Shown piece after piece: positions 36,535 through 51,374 of a stretch of 64,000 bases of DNA. Made by a program: the position numbers and the translations under genes. Source of the DNA: Tubulanus polymorphus. Lineage: Eukaryota > Animalia > Nemertea. Where the stretch lies: assembly GCF_964204645.1 (NCBI RefSeq), contig NC_134031.1, forward strand, positions 3,782,001-3,846,000, read 5' to 3'. Positions within the stretch are counted from its first letter, which is position 1; each line of letters opens with the position of its first letter. Under the pieces are notes generated by a model. It was not told the DNA's origin, made no database searches, and was given only the letters and a program-made list of their open reading frames with translations.

Positions 36535-36985
36535 ACACTACTGACTAGCATACACACAGCAACAACTGCGTAGTCTTTTAGTTCGATTAATGACTAGATA
36601 GTTGACACTAATCAGCTAGCAGACGCCCTAGGCCCTAGCAATAATCGAACCTTCTAGTCCGATCAGCAACAACTGAACCTGAACCAACTGAACTTACTAG
36701 TCCGATTAATGATAAGATAGTCGCGACTAACTAGCACATGTGCTAGTGAAGATGAAGAGAGCAACAGCTGCCTTTTAGTCCGACTAATAATGAGACGGTC
36801 ACCACTGACTAGCTGATGTGCCAGCAAAAACTAACCTTCTTATCCGATCGATGACTAGATGGTCACACTACAGACTAGTGGACAAAGAGAGCAACAACTG
36901 AACCGTCTTCTAGTCCGATTAACGACAAGCCGGTCACCACTAACTAGCAGACGAGCTAGCAACAACTGAACCTTCTAGTTCGTTA
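36535..36985. repeat. Degenerate tandem repeat (~60-80 bp units)
   Basis: Recurrent gcaacaactgaacc...tagtccgattaatga...cactaactagc motifs. Confidence 0.75.
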
Positions 36986-39900
36986 AACGACTACGCAAGA
37001 GACACACGACGACGACGACGTCAGTGTTCCACGTTCCGCGGACGTATAAACTTTTCATCAAGTGAAGCGAATAATGCACGGACGTACAGCTGCTCCAGTC
37101 GCTAGTTCGCTTCGCTTGATTTGCATATCCAAGCTCCAACGCAGCGTAAAAAATGCGCGGCACACATGTGGAACTGGCAGCGACCATTGTTCGGCGTATG
37201 AAAGGCATCATCGTCGGGTGTAACCCGTTCATCCGCGCCGCGTTCGATCCACCAGCCTCGAAACCGTACACGTATTGTCCACCGTCTTAATTAAAACGCG
37301 CAGAATAACGCGGCCACAAATTGCCGGCCGCCGCCGCCGCCCGAGGGGGGTACGAACCGAGTATCTCGTCGGTCGTCGGCGATTTAGTTCGTTAATATCG
37401 GCGGCGTTGCACGGTCAAATGAATACCAATGAACCGGAAGAACTCTACGTATGAAAGCATCGTCGAGTTGCCCTCGCGCCACGTGGGAGGGAGAGCTCGT
37501 TCAGACGCTATTTGATCATACGTGTCGTCGATTCATAGCGATCATTAATCGCCAAACGATGAATGAATGAAACACGTTTTTCTTCCGCCGACTCAGAAAA
37601 CAATTCGCCACCTGGTTCCGAAGTTCTCGCAGGTTTGACACAATTTATTTCGTTAATTTCCGCCGTATATAAAACCCTATGCCTCGATCAGAAGGACGAC
37701 CGCGCAGGGATCAGACCCGAGTCGAATTCGGCCCGTCCCTGATAGGAAAGCGCGTTCACACGTAAACCACTCACTCATTATTAAACAATGCTGTAGTAAG
37801 CGAGGCGACCTGTTTCCAGAACCAGTTAGCATTTACGCCCACTCTAACATGGAACTGGATTCATAGGTTCCAGCTCAATGCATTTACACACAAATATCTC
37901 ATTTACCCGTGCTAAAATTTGGCTCTTGTGCGTGGAACATAGCATGGAACATGGAACAGCATTCAGAGGTTCCACTTACCCGATAAAGTACTGCAATTCT
38001 AGCATCAAACCTCGCAGCCAACTGAATTGGTCATAAATTAGGTTAAACTTCACCGGAGGGGGGGGGGAAGTGATTACTGTTCGTTAAATCTGGCCATAGT
38101 ATGATAATGACCACCGACTTTTATCTGGACTTATAACTAACTATTAAACGATGAGCGTAAAATGCCAGATGACGCAACATCGACAACTCTTTCTGCAGTC
38201 GTTAGGAACGGCTGTAAAAGTCACTCTACATAAGTCCTGTCAAGTGATTACAATTTTTGATGACACTCAACCATTTCGGAGTGTGGCGTCGAACAGAGTG
38301 GATGTCATTTAGACGCATGTGCTGTGTCATATCTGATCGCAACAGATGATTTTTCGAGAAAAAATTCGTTCAATTCTCGACGTAGAAAGACACAGAATTG
38401 ACTATTAGGTATTGTGCTGTAAAAAAGGGTTTAAAATGCTCCCAAATAAAAGAGGTACCCAGAGGTACTTAGCTTTTTTCTACAAAATTCCCGACTCCTT
38501 TATAAAAGAGAAGAAAATACCCCGACTTTTTCCCGATATCCAGATAAGTGGCCATTCTGATATTTCATCATTTTTTTTATAAATTCATTTTTTTTCATAA
38601 ATTCAGAAAATTATCGCAAAATCTCCTCAGTAATCGCTTACAACAGCCTTAAAGCCACGAAACAAAACGGAAATAGATTTCGAGAATAAAATGATTATCT
38701 ATTACGCGCGAAGGAGAAATGCCATATTGAAAAGATCTCGCCCCGACAGTCGGTAAACACCTCGAAAACAAGTGAAACACGGAAATTTCGAACATAGGAA
38801 CAATCGGACTCCGTGTACCGGTGAGTGCGTCCGGTTATTGTTCTCCGAGCGCCGAGACCGAACTATCGAGCCGATAATAGCAGATGTAAATACTCGCGAG
38901 ACACCTCCGTCCGACCGTTTGTAAACCGGCGCGTCCCCGTAATCGGTCGCAGCTGCGCGCCCGCGGTGACCGCGCACCGTGGCAACCGCGGCGACACGCG
39001 ACAACAATGTTCATTTCACGGTGCTCGCGAAAACAATGAGTTACACGACACGACGCGGTAACGAAGAGAAAAAAAAAAACACTGCGCACGCAGAAATGAA
39101 ATAATATTTGTATTCTAATGGGATTAAACGCTTTTACGCCGCGCTCATTTATTTTGATTACGCTCGTGTATGAATGACTAGTGTTCTACGCCGTACAGGG
39201 CTAATAGACTATTAGATATTTCTGGGTTTCAGTTCATACAAGCCTTGCTTTTTTCTGAAACCCCGGTTTTATATCACAACATTAAGCATCATTAATCGTC
39301 ATGTTTTACACATTTTTGCATATATTTTTACTGAAATGAATAAATATATCTATCGACCAAGTAAATATATCTAAAGACCAAGAAGACCGTTCACCTAAAC
39401 TAAAATGATGCTTACATTTCGAGTTTCTGAGAATTTATAATAAGGAACAGGTTCTGACAGATAAGAGGAGCTAGTTGTATCGACGAAGACTTGGATTTAA
39501 GACTAGTCCAAACCCACTTTGGTTCTAATGTCAATCTAATAACATAACCTAAGATCAGTCTTCAGATCTAAGACCGATTTCCACTTGCTCGGTAGAAGGT
39601 TTAGATACAAGACAGGTCTGAATCCGCGTTGGTTCCACATAGTCAATCTAATAACCTAAACTTAGTCAACTAAACAGATCTAAGACTAATTTCCATATGC
39701 ATGGTAGAAGGCTTAGATTTAAGAATAGTCTGAACTTACTTTGGTTCCATATACGGATCTAATAATCTAAGATCAGTCTTTAGATTTAAGACAGGTTTGA
39801 ACCCACTTTGGTTCTAATGTCAATCTAATAACTAAGATCAGTCTTGAGATGTAGGACCAATTTCCAGATGCATGGCAGAAGGCTTAGACTTAAGACCAGA

Positions 39901-42900
39901 CTGAACATACGGATCTAATTACCTAAGATCAGTCTTTAGATTTAAGACAGTTTTGAACCAACTTTGGTTCTATAACACTCTTCAGACATTCCAATTGCAC
40001 GTATATGAATACCGAGTGCAGGGCTAATTTCTTAATCGTATCGCGTTCATTTGTATCGAATCGGAAAAAGTCGGTATTAAAACATTAAAAATTGAACGTT
40101 ATTACTCGACTTTAGACATGCTCATTGAGCGTGCTACGATCGCAGTCATGCGCTTCGACGATCGAGCGTCGAGTTACAATCCGACGACGCCGAAATCGAG
40201 CACGTTCGAATTATTAGAACCAATTCGTTTCATCGTTGCGATGACGTTAATTTCATCTAATAACCGAACTGGGACTGTGTGTGTGTATCGGAACTAGGCC
40301 AGACGGAACTATGATGCTAATAGCCGTCTGGCTGGCCGCTTCGGTCCCCCCCACGAAACAAGGGCCAAGCATCACCGGCATTGTGCCACGTCCCCCCCCC
40401 CCCCCCCCCGGAAACCAGTGTCACGCATCACCGGCCTGGAAGAACTTAGGTTATAGGATTTAGTCAACTATTTGCGACCGGATGTCAGTGAGTCGTAACT
40501 ATAGTCGGGAAATAGTGAACCAAGGAATTGAGCGTGGTTGCCGTAGTTCGGACGTAGCTCCAAGATGGCCGATGCTGTGAAATGCGAGACCGAACTACAT
40601 GTATAGTACGTTTGGTTATCAGCTTTGACCACTAAGTCAGTTTCATTAAAAGTTTCAACTCTCAAATCAATTCACTTTGTTCATTAATTCAATTTATCTT
40701 AAATCGATTTAGGAGAGAATCATCTTTGCGAATAAAGAAATACTACATCATACACAATTCATACAGCATGCCGCAATTAAAAGTTAAGCTCGGCCTGTCT
40801 ATCACGATTTCTGACAGTCACTCGACGTGGATCAAGTGGAACTTAGCAGGTGGATCGCATAAAAATATGTCGGGTGTATTATTTTTATTACCACCGCGGC
40901 GAACATCGAAATCGACAAATACACTTCGATTTTTTTCAAAAGAGCCCGTTTCATATCGTTCCTATTTCAATCGAGCCATATTTGCTACGGTCAGTGATGA
41001 AATAATGAAAGAACGCGAGGGATTTCATGCATCGAATCGAAAGACGAAAACATTGCGCATTAACAACAATATGTGGAACGATACGCTTACCTTATTAGGC
41101 GTTCGAGGGGGTCCTTAGTTTCGAAAAGCTTTTGATTATCCAATTATCATATTCTGAATATAAAAGTCGCTGATTATTATCGCGAAACCTCCTACCGACT
41201 ATAGCTATAGATATAAAGGGCATCGACCAATACTACAACCCAAATCTACTCAGTTCGTACACACTCTAAACTATCCTATACGACGTGGTGTATTTACATG
41301 CTGCGCTCGTAGTTGAAACGTCCACTTGATAAAGGTCAAGCACGCGCACATATATATCAATCTCTAGCCTGCCTGCTTGTTCTGCTTCGACGAGTTTATT
41401 CCTGATAATTAAAACAGGCATACAGAAACATAGAGTAGGTCCCTATGTACAAACGGCATACCACAGCCTCGTTATGTCACGGTGTACGGTGTCCGCTCAG
41501 TTGAAGTCGTTAGACTCGGAGACAGCAGCATCGAGAGCGCGGAAGGCGGCGGCCGCCGATTTGTTTTGTTTGTTCTTTCGGCTCTCCGCTCGACGCGCTG
41601 CAGACGACAATGGGCAATTAATCAGTTCAAAGATCGACCAGCCACTGGAACCGCTTCGTACAAACAAAACCCCCCTCAATGGAATGCGGCCTGACCTTTT
41701 TTTATGCGTATATAAGGCGCTGCACGTTTATTCCAGTATAAGGCTGGATGTGATTGTATTTTGATCCCGGTGAAATATATATTATTCATGCTTGACGAGA
41801 GGTCCAATTACGCTGCGTATATAACAATAGTCGATGGCTACTCGCGCAACTCCCGGATAGAGTGTCGCCATTGTTAAAAAACTCTTCATTCGAACGAAGT
41901 CTTCCTTTAGTTACATAATTACATCAGTCAAATTTAAACTAAAACCGTGGTCCTGTCCTAAAATAAGGATTGACCCTATTATACCACCGCCGATCGCATG
42001 ACTTCATCTGTAGGCTACTTCGATAACCCCTTTGAAATCGAACCCTTCGCTCTCGGCAGGTGTGCTGGGTTTGTAAGGTACACCAAATCAAAACAAATCT
42101 AGCAATCAAATAAATCGGTTGCGTTGAAATGATTTGATGCTTAAGTAAATTTACTGCAATAATAGAATTTCAATTTCATTCCTAGATACAAAACTAGAGC
42201 CCAACGCGCACACGGAAATGCTCGGACTCTCTGCCTCATGTTTCCGTGAGTACACTGTGTACGCCGGCCGTCGTGGGTGACTACCCCCCCCCCCCTCAGG
42301 CATGAGTTATTACCACTCACCGATGAATTAATGATGAACGACGACGACGCCGAACACGCTGGAGTACTTCACGCGACGCACCGAGCCGTAACGATACGAC
42401 GACGGTCACTCGCACTCAAAGCCCCGTGAGAGGGGAATGACTGACCGGTGACCAGTTCGATGGATCTGCTGCTATCGTCTCGTTACAGCTGTCTAATTAA
42501 TACCGACAAGAGCGTGTATAATCATTCATACCCCGAGACTGAATATTAAATTTATTCCCAGGAGATTCGAAGGGTTAACCACCTCATGAGACAAAACCTT
42601 CATCTTACTAGCTAAGCACCTTGACTTAAGTCCGAAAGCGGTCTTAAATGTGAGACTGATCAAAGGTTATTTGATTGGCTATAGAACCTAGGTGGGCTCG
42701 GACTGGTCTTAAAATCTAAGCCGTATACAATGCAACTGGAAAGTGGTCTCAGATATGATATGATATAAAGATTCGATTGCCTATAGGACCAAAGTGGGTT
42801 CAGACTAGTCTTAAATCTAAGCCTTCTACAACACAAGAGGCAAAACCTTTATCCTAATAGGCTTGACTTAAGTTCACAAGTGGTCTTAGATCTTAAGACT

Positions 42901-43504
42901 GATCTTAGGTTACGGTTATTAGATTGACAGTAGATCCGGATGATTTCAGATACCTAATGCCTGACAGATATAGGAAAGTTCTATCACATAGAAATATCAG
43001 ATTCAATGCATCAAACGTTTAATTCACAATAGACAATTAAAAATCTATACCTTCAATATTGAACATCTATAGCGGATACACGGCCTCCCGAGTCATACAC
43101 GGTTCACTGATAATCGAGCAGTATTCACCAAACGTTGAAACCATCCCGTGTATTGTATTGTTCGGATCGAGGAAGTACGCTCAGTTGGTTGTACGTTGAC
43201 GAGAATGCCAGCCGCAGAACTATGCAGCGAGACTAGAGAGAGCGCTATAGGTCATTCAGTGTGCCGAGACGCGCACAAAACAAATAGGAGGAAAGCACTG
43301 CGCGACGACGGCGCACGCAAATATTCATATAGGCCATGAATGCATCAATGCGTGCTCTTTCATGCGCTTTCATGTGTATAGACGCATCGAACAGGAAGTC
43401 GTGAGATATTTTCGAGAGCGTCGAGTTGAATACTCGGAACGGCAACAAAAGCGAGGCAGTCATCATCATTCATGTTCACAGTCCTTCATAAACACACCTC
43501 AGTA

Positions 43505-43570
43505 GAGAGGGAGAGGGAGAGGGAGAGGGAGAGGGAGAGGGAGAGGGAGAGGGACAGGGACAGGGAGAGG
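43505..43570. repeat. (GAGAGG)n purine microsatellite
   Basis: Direct observation. Confidence 0.95.
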
Positions 43571-43970
43571 TCTGCCTATACTTTTACCAGTAACCATAGT
43601 GCAGAGGTCATCAAAATAGATTTGTTGTTACAATGACTTACCACTGACCCACCCCGGCATGTCCTGGTTACATACTTGAAGCACAGATAACTCTGAAATA
43701 ATTTAGTGAATTTCATAGGCATCAAGGCCAGATTTAAGGCTGCTCTGAAATCGCAATTTAGTGAGAAATAAGAATATGAATTTTCAAGGGTACCTTCGAT
43801 ATCAAAACCAATGCGAAGTTTGTGACCAGACGGATATCCTCGGAGCCACCCTCATTTCGATACGAGCACAAAAATCAAATCATGTCATCATGCGCTATCA
43901 TTTTGGAGCAGTACTGAACTTTTCTTGTTACATAACAGGATTTGATTTGATATTCATGTGTCACTTACTA

Positions 43971-44401
43971 CAAGGTTCCTACAATTCCTGGTATCCAGAA
44001 TTCAAGGACTTTTCAAGGAATTTTCAAGGAGTAATTTTCAAAATTCAAAGAGGTTTTCGCGGTCATATATAAGGAAAAAAAGTCGAAAATTCAAAAACAA
44101 AATCCATGTTTTTCTCAAATTTTGATCAGTTGTTGTGTGTGCCGTTTTGGTTTTACATGTTTAAATGTTTTAAATCTCAAAGTGAAACAACTTTCACTCA
44201 CAAGTCACACAATGAAGAATAATAGAATACACTGTCTTCTGAAAAGGACCTTTTGAAAATTTTAAATAGGACTTTCCCAGAATTTAAGGAGTTTCAAGAG
44301 TTTATGGATATTTCTCAAAATTAAAGGATTTTCAAGGACCTTGAAAAATATATTCAAAAATCAAGGAGTTTTCAAGGATTCAAGGAGTTGTAGGGACCCT
44401 G
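43971..44401. mobile_element. MITE with CA(A/G)GGT(T/C)CCTAC TIRs and internal TTCAAGGA repeats
   Basis: caaggttcctacaattcctgg ... caaggagttgtagggaccctg; subterminal ttttcaagga arrays. Confidence 0.7.
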
Positions 44402-45672
44402 TACTAACTCACCCACCAAACCTGCTGGGAATGAAACAGGGGGTTCGATATCTAAGTATGAATATAGTTGGATGTAAAATTGACAACTTGTTTTCGTTTC
44501 AAGTGAAGTATATAATGGGCGTTTGTGTTAACGATCTTCCATCCAGCTTGAACTGACCAGCGAGGAGGATCGGGATTTCAAACCACTGAAAAGTATTCAA
44601 ATAACACGAACTACGACCGCACCCTCCACTTAGTTTGCATAAGAACTTCGACGAACAGCTATCAAAGCCTGAAGCGAGCATCGAAAGCAAGTACGAATCG
44701 AAACCCGATCCTTGAAAGTCGACTTGACCGCCTCGCGATATGTTGACACTTGCGCGACCGAGAGTGTCAAATGTGCGGTTTAAAGAGCGCGAGTCACAGC
44801 TTACCCGACGCGCAAATATCTACAAAAGATCGGGCGACATCTGCGATCGGCCATTTCACGCAAAACTGAATAGATGTCAACAACGCCGGCTCGTACGGTC
44901 CAAGTGGCATTAGGCCCATTAAACGGCAGGCTTTCTGAAAAAGGCCGATCGACTTTGACCGCGCCGCGACACGCTCTGCGCGATTTTAATCGCTTGATTT
45001 AACGATCGCGACATCTCGAACGCAGGCAACATCTGCTTGAGCTTTAATTCGAATAGCGACAATTAGATAATCGTCCGGCCCGAGGAGAAGAGAGCGGACA
45101 TACGATAAAAATGAAAACTCGAGAAATATTTGAATATGAATGTAAAAACCATCGACGAATAGATTTCGTACGATTCGTAATAAGTATGACGATACTTCAC
45201 CCTCTTCCTCCCATTCTCCCTCTTGAATAGTAAAAATTAGACCATTCTTCGACCGATGAGTGGAAAAATGATGATTGAAAACTTTTTAACGAGAATTTTT
45301 TAACGTAAATGTTAGAACAGATTTTGTATAATTCGTGATATAAGTATCGGAGTATGAAGACCTATCCCTCTCCGCCTACCCCTACCACCTCTCTCCTCCC
45401 TCTAGCTCCTGAGACCTGACGAGAGTCCCTCTCATTCCTGCGGAGGAAGGGATAGAGAAGAAATGAAGCGAATTCATAGTCGGAGGGCGTCAAAGGAGTA
45501 GCAAAATGCAGGAATATGAAACACCTAACGGTACGCAGATATCGCAAAGGGGTGGAACAAAGAACGCGCAGAAGAAAGAGACAATCTCGGATATGCAAAG
45601 GGCGTGGCCGGTCGGTACAGTCGCCACGTGAAATGAAGCATTACCAGGTAACAATAGATCAATTCTGCATAG

Positions 45673-45674
<2 letters not shown>

Positions 45675-45708
<34 letters not shown>
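45675..45708. repeat. (GCA)n microsatellite
   Basis: Direct observation. Confidence 0.9.
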
Positions 45709-45711
<3 letters not shown>

Positions 45712-45951
45712 CGCTAGCGTCAACGCCGTAACTAGCGTTTAGCGCGGAAAAAAAAAAGTTCAGAACTTCGACGACGACTGTTAAGCCGTAGCCGTCGGGC
45801 AAGTTCTATTGTAACGTAATACATCATGAGATCGCTGAGCGATACGGATAGATCGAAGTATGACGCGTACGCGATAAGTGGAAAAAGATCGTCGTCGAAT
45901 AGATAGATCTATATATGCACATCACAGCAGATGGATATATATATATATATA

Positions 45952-45975
45952 TACGTCACAAACGTACAAAGCATT

Positions 45976-46051
<76 letters not shown>

Positions 46052-46075
46052 AATGCTTTGTACGTTTGTGACGTA
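45952..46075. repeat. Perfect 124-bp palindrome centred on (AT)33
   Basis: tacgtcacaaacgtacaaagcattcatac-(at)n-gtatgaatgctttgtacgtttgtgacgta. Confidence 0.95.
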
Positions 46076-48071
46076 CTACGTTCAATTTTTTGACACGCAG
46101 GTGCGCGTACACAGTGTTGTTGTCGAGCGGTCTCGGCTTCTCTCTCTCTCTCTCTTCGCGAAACGGAGCGAACTACGAAGCCGTGCGTCGCTGGTCGTGA
46201 GCTCCGGCGAAGCCGTGAAATGATCGATTACGAAGATACAGACAACTGTAGCTACGACGTGAACAAATATATGTTGTTTTTTTTTTTAATAGTACATGAA
46301 CGCTGATAATACGAACTGATGAAGAGGATGTTATGTTGGTTTCATCAGTATTCTGACATTAAGATTAATGTAGTTGTTTACCTCGAGCATTACGGTCCAG
46401 GTTTCCTCGTGACTAACTGACTGACTGGTGCTGACCTACTGACTCACTGACTGGCTGACCAACTGACTGACTAATTGCTATTAAACTGGTCTTACGTTGT
46501 TTGGTTGGTAATAGAACTAAAATGGTCTTTAAAATCAGTCTATGACTCTACAACCGGCTAAAGGATTCTAACCCCTAAACCCTGGGTTTGTATATGGTAA
46601 CCAGCTATCCTGCCGGCATGCGTTGGTCATCTAAATTTCGAGCCTCCCACAATCAGAAATTAGCAGTATTGTTCAATTTCTAATTATGATTCATAAAACT
46701 GGAGAAATTACAAATATATTTTGATTGAATCCGAGAAGAAATGCGCGAACCGTCCGATTTGCACACTAGAGACACCTGGAACGCAGAATCTTCGATGTAT
46801 GTAAAGTGCTCAATGATTTAAACCAGACTCTGATCCCGGGCAAACAATTAAAAACATATGATTCAGTTTGTATACGCCTTTTTACAGAATTATTTGCACA
46901 CCTGACCACTCAAAGCATTTACACACATGGCCATTCATAGTATTCACCTGGACAGAATTCAAACATAACATTTCTGTAATATGCAACCATGCACAGCGCA
47001 CATGTGGCTCCACACCCACTTACTCTGAATGCATTGCATTCACCGTAAATAACACAAAATTCCCTGTTTGGATCAGTGGAAAGTGAATGGAGAACAATTT
47101 ATGTTTACAATTTTACAATTGATTCCTTTTTCATCAATCAAACATTGATAAAGAAATGTGTAGTCGTTCGAGTATCTGAATTCTGAAAGTTTTCTTAGTT
47201 TTTTGGCAAAATTTGTCTAACTTTTCCCTGATTTTTATTTCCAGATTTTACTGATTCCCTGCGTTTTCCAGGTTTTCGAAGACCAGCAGCCACGCTACAC
47301 GCTTATAATCAAAATGGTTAAATACCTTTCTATTCAGCCAAAACTACGGTGACAAATGAAAACGCATTAAAATAACACGAAGTGACTTACGTCGTTTGAA
47401 CGCAACAGGTTGTTCAACAGTCAGTGTCCCGGCGCGATGATAAACCGATATCGCATCGCGCCGCGCGAATTGTCTCAGGTGTAACTGGTGCATAACTAGT
47501 GAATACACCACCACGACAGAACCCCCGGGAACACGAGAAAAAATTCTATTAGTCATGATTACACAATAAACCGATGAAATTTTTTAGTTTAGTCGTTCTA
47601 TGAATAAGCCTCCAGTTCTCCTACGCCTTATACGTATTCGACCGGACTCATTGAAGCCAACTTTTACCTGGTTTCACACTCCCCCTGTTTTTATTCAACG
47701 AATTCATTTGTTGCTATTATCATTTGCTTCACTACTAGATCCTAAATCGATTCCTCGTCCGACCCCAGGTCGCCATTGAACCCCTGGATTGATCCCGAAT
47801 GATCACAAGTTTGTTTCTTTTATCATTACATATCATAATACATGATTTAAACAGTTCCAAAGATTTGAAAGAAGTGCAACAGACAATTTCTGGCGCCCCT
47901 GTTACTGCTCTTTTTGTTAGATCGCCTCTTACCCGAGAACCACTTTTTTGGGGATTTTGGGTTCAATCAGCGGGTTGGTGGTTACTTTTAATCCGACATA
48001 CAGCGCAGGAGGCCACCGGGCAAAAACAGCTCTGAAACTTGACACAGAAACTCCGGCATTCTGTTACGCAG

Positions 48072-48594
48072 AAGATACTATTGAACAAAATATAATCCTG
48101 CTAGTTCAATTTTCAACCCAAGATACTATTGAACAAAATATAATCCTGCTAGTTCAATTTTCAACCCCAGATACTATTGAACAAAATATAATCCTGCTAG
48201 TTCAATTTTCAACCCAAGATACTATTGAACAAAATATAATCCTGCTAGTTCAATTTTCAACTCAAGATACTATTGAACAAAATATAATCCTGCTAGTTCA
48301 ATTTTCAACCCAAGATACTATTGAACAAAATATAATCCTGCTAGTTCAATTTTCAACCCAAGATACTATTGAACAAAATATAATCCTGCTAGTTCAATTT
48401 TCAACCCAAGATACTATTGAACAAAATATAATCCTGCTAGTTCAATTTTCAACCCAAGATACTATTGAACAAAAATAGAATCCTGCTAGTTCAATTTTCA
48501 ACCCACAATACTATTGAACAAAATAGAATCCTGCTAGTTCAATTTTCAACCCCATTACTATTGAACAACATCCTTAGAGTTCAACTTTCAACTC
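48072..48594. repeat. 48-bp minisatellite, about 11 copies
   Basis: Unit aagatactattgaacaaaatataatcctgctagttcaattttcaaccc. Confidence 0.97.
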
Positions 48595-49404
48595 AGGGTC
48601 AATGTAAACAACAGATCAGTCACATTTGCGTACCGGTAATATAAAAAATCGATTTCAATGAACCTATACTACCATTACACATCAGATATTGATTTGATTT
48701 TTTCAGTATGATATAGTGTACAGCTGCCATACGCTTCGAAATATTACGTCAAGAGTAACATTCGACCTTGTTCGGTGTAAGATATCTTTCTGTATCTGAT
48801 ATCTTATCAGTCTAGTGTCGAAACGTGACTCGGATCCAGTTCAACAGATTCTTAGAATCGAAATCAATTCGTTCTTAATTTCTCCAACTAACTTCATAAA
48901 TAATATCATTAAAACCTACCCACTCAAACTCAAACTCGATCAAAACAAAATAGTTCAAAATCTTAGATTTTTGATAAATGAATTTGGTTTTGAATTCGTA
49001 ATACTGGATTTTAATCAGGTCGGCTATTCTCATCGTTGGAGTTTGGCTGCAAATTCGTAAATAATTCAATTTTCATTTGTCGTATTTAAACTGACAACTG
49101 CAGAAGGCTGTGGCACCGTGGCCAGAATTCAGTTCTACAGACGTTGGATATGTTTAACTCATCGGCAATTCGCTACAAGTCCATTTACAATCGAATTCAT
49201 CTACGCTGGTCCTTTACTTACTTGACCAAATAGGGCACCTCTGAATTCTCGAAATGACAGAGAAAGAATTGAGAAATCGCAGAAAAAGGTCGGTCCTTTC
49301 CGCTTGTTAATCAGTCGCTTGCCGGTTCAGACTGAATGGAAGATTGTTTGGATGAACCGGAACCGAATTTCCAATTATGTACTTCGATTTAGAAATATTC
49401 TGTT

Positions 49405-49585
49405 AACTCGACCGCCGATCACACAACTATATTTGTTCTTCGATTTCCGATTTCAAAATCAAACCCCCTGTTTCGCTCCCGGCAGGTGTGGTGGGTCTGT
49501 AAGGGACACTCAATCGAAAAATCAAACAAAATTTACCAGCCAAATAAATAGATAATGGGGACAATCCCTATTTTAAGATCAAAAG
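49405..49585. repeat. Dispersed repeat family (copies at ~41985-42115 and ~58350-58525)
   Basis: Shared ccgccgatca...aaatcaaacccc...ctcccggc(a/g)ggtgtggtg...gtaagggacact...gggacaatc. Confidence 0.75.
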
Positions 49586-49714
49586 ATTTTTTCAAATAAA
49601 GTTTTCATTTTTCATGCTTACTACATCCGCCGAAAAGTGTCTATCATCAAAAAAGATCGTTTCCAGCTATGAGTTTATGTAATCACAGTAATACGTGTAA
49701 TTTGACATTCGACG

Positions 49715-49969
<255 letters not shown>

Positions 49970-50132
49970 GGTATACGGTTTGTCTGTCAGAGAATACTGC
50001 GAAAAGAGGGGCGTCAGTCACAATTACAAGATCGCTGCTAGATAAAGGTCATTTTTTTGTGAATCTGGGAGCGACTACGCTCTCTACCGTCTAACTTGAT
50101 CAGTGAAGAGCTCAGTTCATCCCACAATACAG

Positions 50133-50240
50133 GGGCTGGTTTTATAGACTGGTATTACCATAACCCGAGGGCTAACTCAACTCTTTTTCAATTGAGTTAG
50201 CCCTCGTGTTTAAGGTAATACCGGTCTATGAAACCAGACC
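50133..50240. mobile_element. ~108-bp hairpin MITE (second copy at ~54384-54488; partial at ~515-555)
   Basis: ctggttttatagactggtattacc..aacccgagggctaactcaa / ttgagttagccctcg..ggtaataccggtctatgaaaccag. Confidence 0.8.
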
Positions 50241-50602
50241 GAGGATTAAATCTAACTGTACGCGGTTCATTCTTTCGACGAAACTAGAATCACGTAATAT
50301 CATCCGAGACAACAATGCGGCGGGCAGCACGGGCTATAGTTTCGATCGGATTCGTTTTGAAAAAAGAATCCGCGAATGAATCCGATTCAATCCTCACGAG
50401 AAAACGAATCTAACAGAAACGAGATCGTCGCTTGACCCGATCTGGCTGGATTAAAAGCGACCACTCCTTTCTCTCCTTTCCCGATCTGACCTAATGCATC
50501 ATCTGCCCGCGCTCGAATCAGGTTACGATGTCACTAGCGCAGAGCGAAACATGTGACCGCGCACGCAGATTAGACACTAGCTATAAAATATCAAACACTC
50601 AC

Positions 50603-51000
50603 CTCGAACTCGGCGACGTAAAAGGATCTTCGAACTGCTTTTCTCTCGCCTGTCGACGCGCTGGTTAAACTGGTATTCCTCGACCGAGAGATGGAACGCT
50701 GACACAACATACGAGCTCAGGGAATCTGCTGTGACGGTGAACCAGTCCGACAGTCTACTTTAGTATTCGCAGTGAATTCAATGCATGAGCAAACATTCGA
50801 CTATTCACGCATTGCTGAGGCTATACAAGCGAGTCTATCAGATAGTCAGGGGAGGTAGGCAGGATTTCAGCGAGCGCGAGTCATTGTTGTTTGTCATCAT
50901 CTCGGTAGTCGCGCGCGCGCTCGCTGGCCGCTGCGTCGTCGCCGTTAGCTAGCGTTCCGTCCGTTCAGTCCGTTCTTCTCTGCGTTTGGTTCGTTCGCTG
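50603..51000 (-). other. Candidate distal first (non-coding) exon / promoter of Pax-beta
   Basis: Consensus donor GAG|gtgagt at 50603/50602 at the edge of a CpG-dense block (gcgcgcgcgc, cgtcgtcgcc). Confidence 0.4.
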
Positions 51001-51374
51001 AAAATGACAACAATTAAATCGACGATTAGCACAAAGTCCTCTAGACATATTGATGTAATGAGTGACGATCACAATTGCAGATGGATAGAGTTTATACTGT
51101 AATTGTGATATCATTAGGATGATAAAAACTCATAACAGAAACGCAATCATCCAGCCTCCGTAAAGTGCTCTCAGTAACGAGTTGAATTTTTTCCTATTTA
51201 TCAGTAATCAAAGTAATGAAAGTTATGAACCTCGGTAACATCTTACATATTTCTGCACACGTCAAACAAATCAGTTTTTTTCGGGACAAAAGATTAACAA
51301 AATACCGAAAACCAGAAACGGTTGGCAGATCTGAATCGTGCACTTTTTCATTGAGCAGTGACCTTAAAACTCAG

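Noticed and set aside
47948-48478. 176-aa repeat-protein ORF
   Set aside because: By-product of a 48-bp minisatellite; non-ATG start and no splice context.
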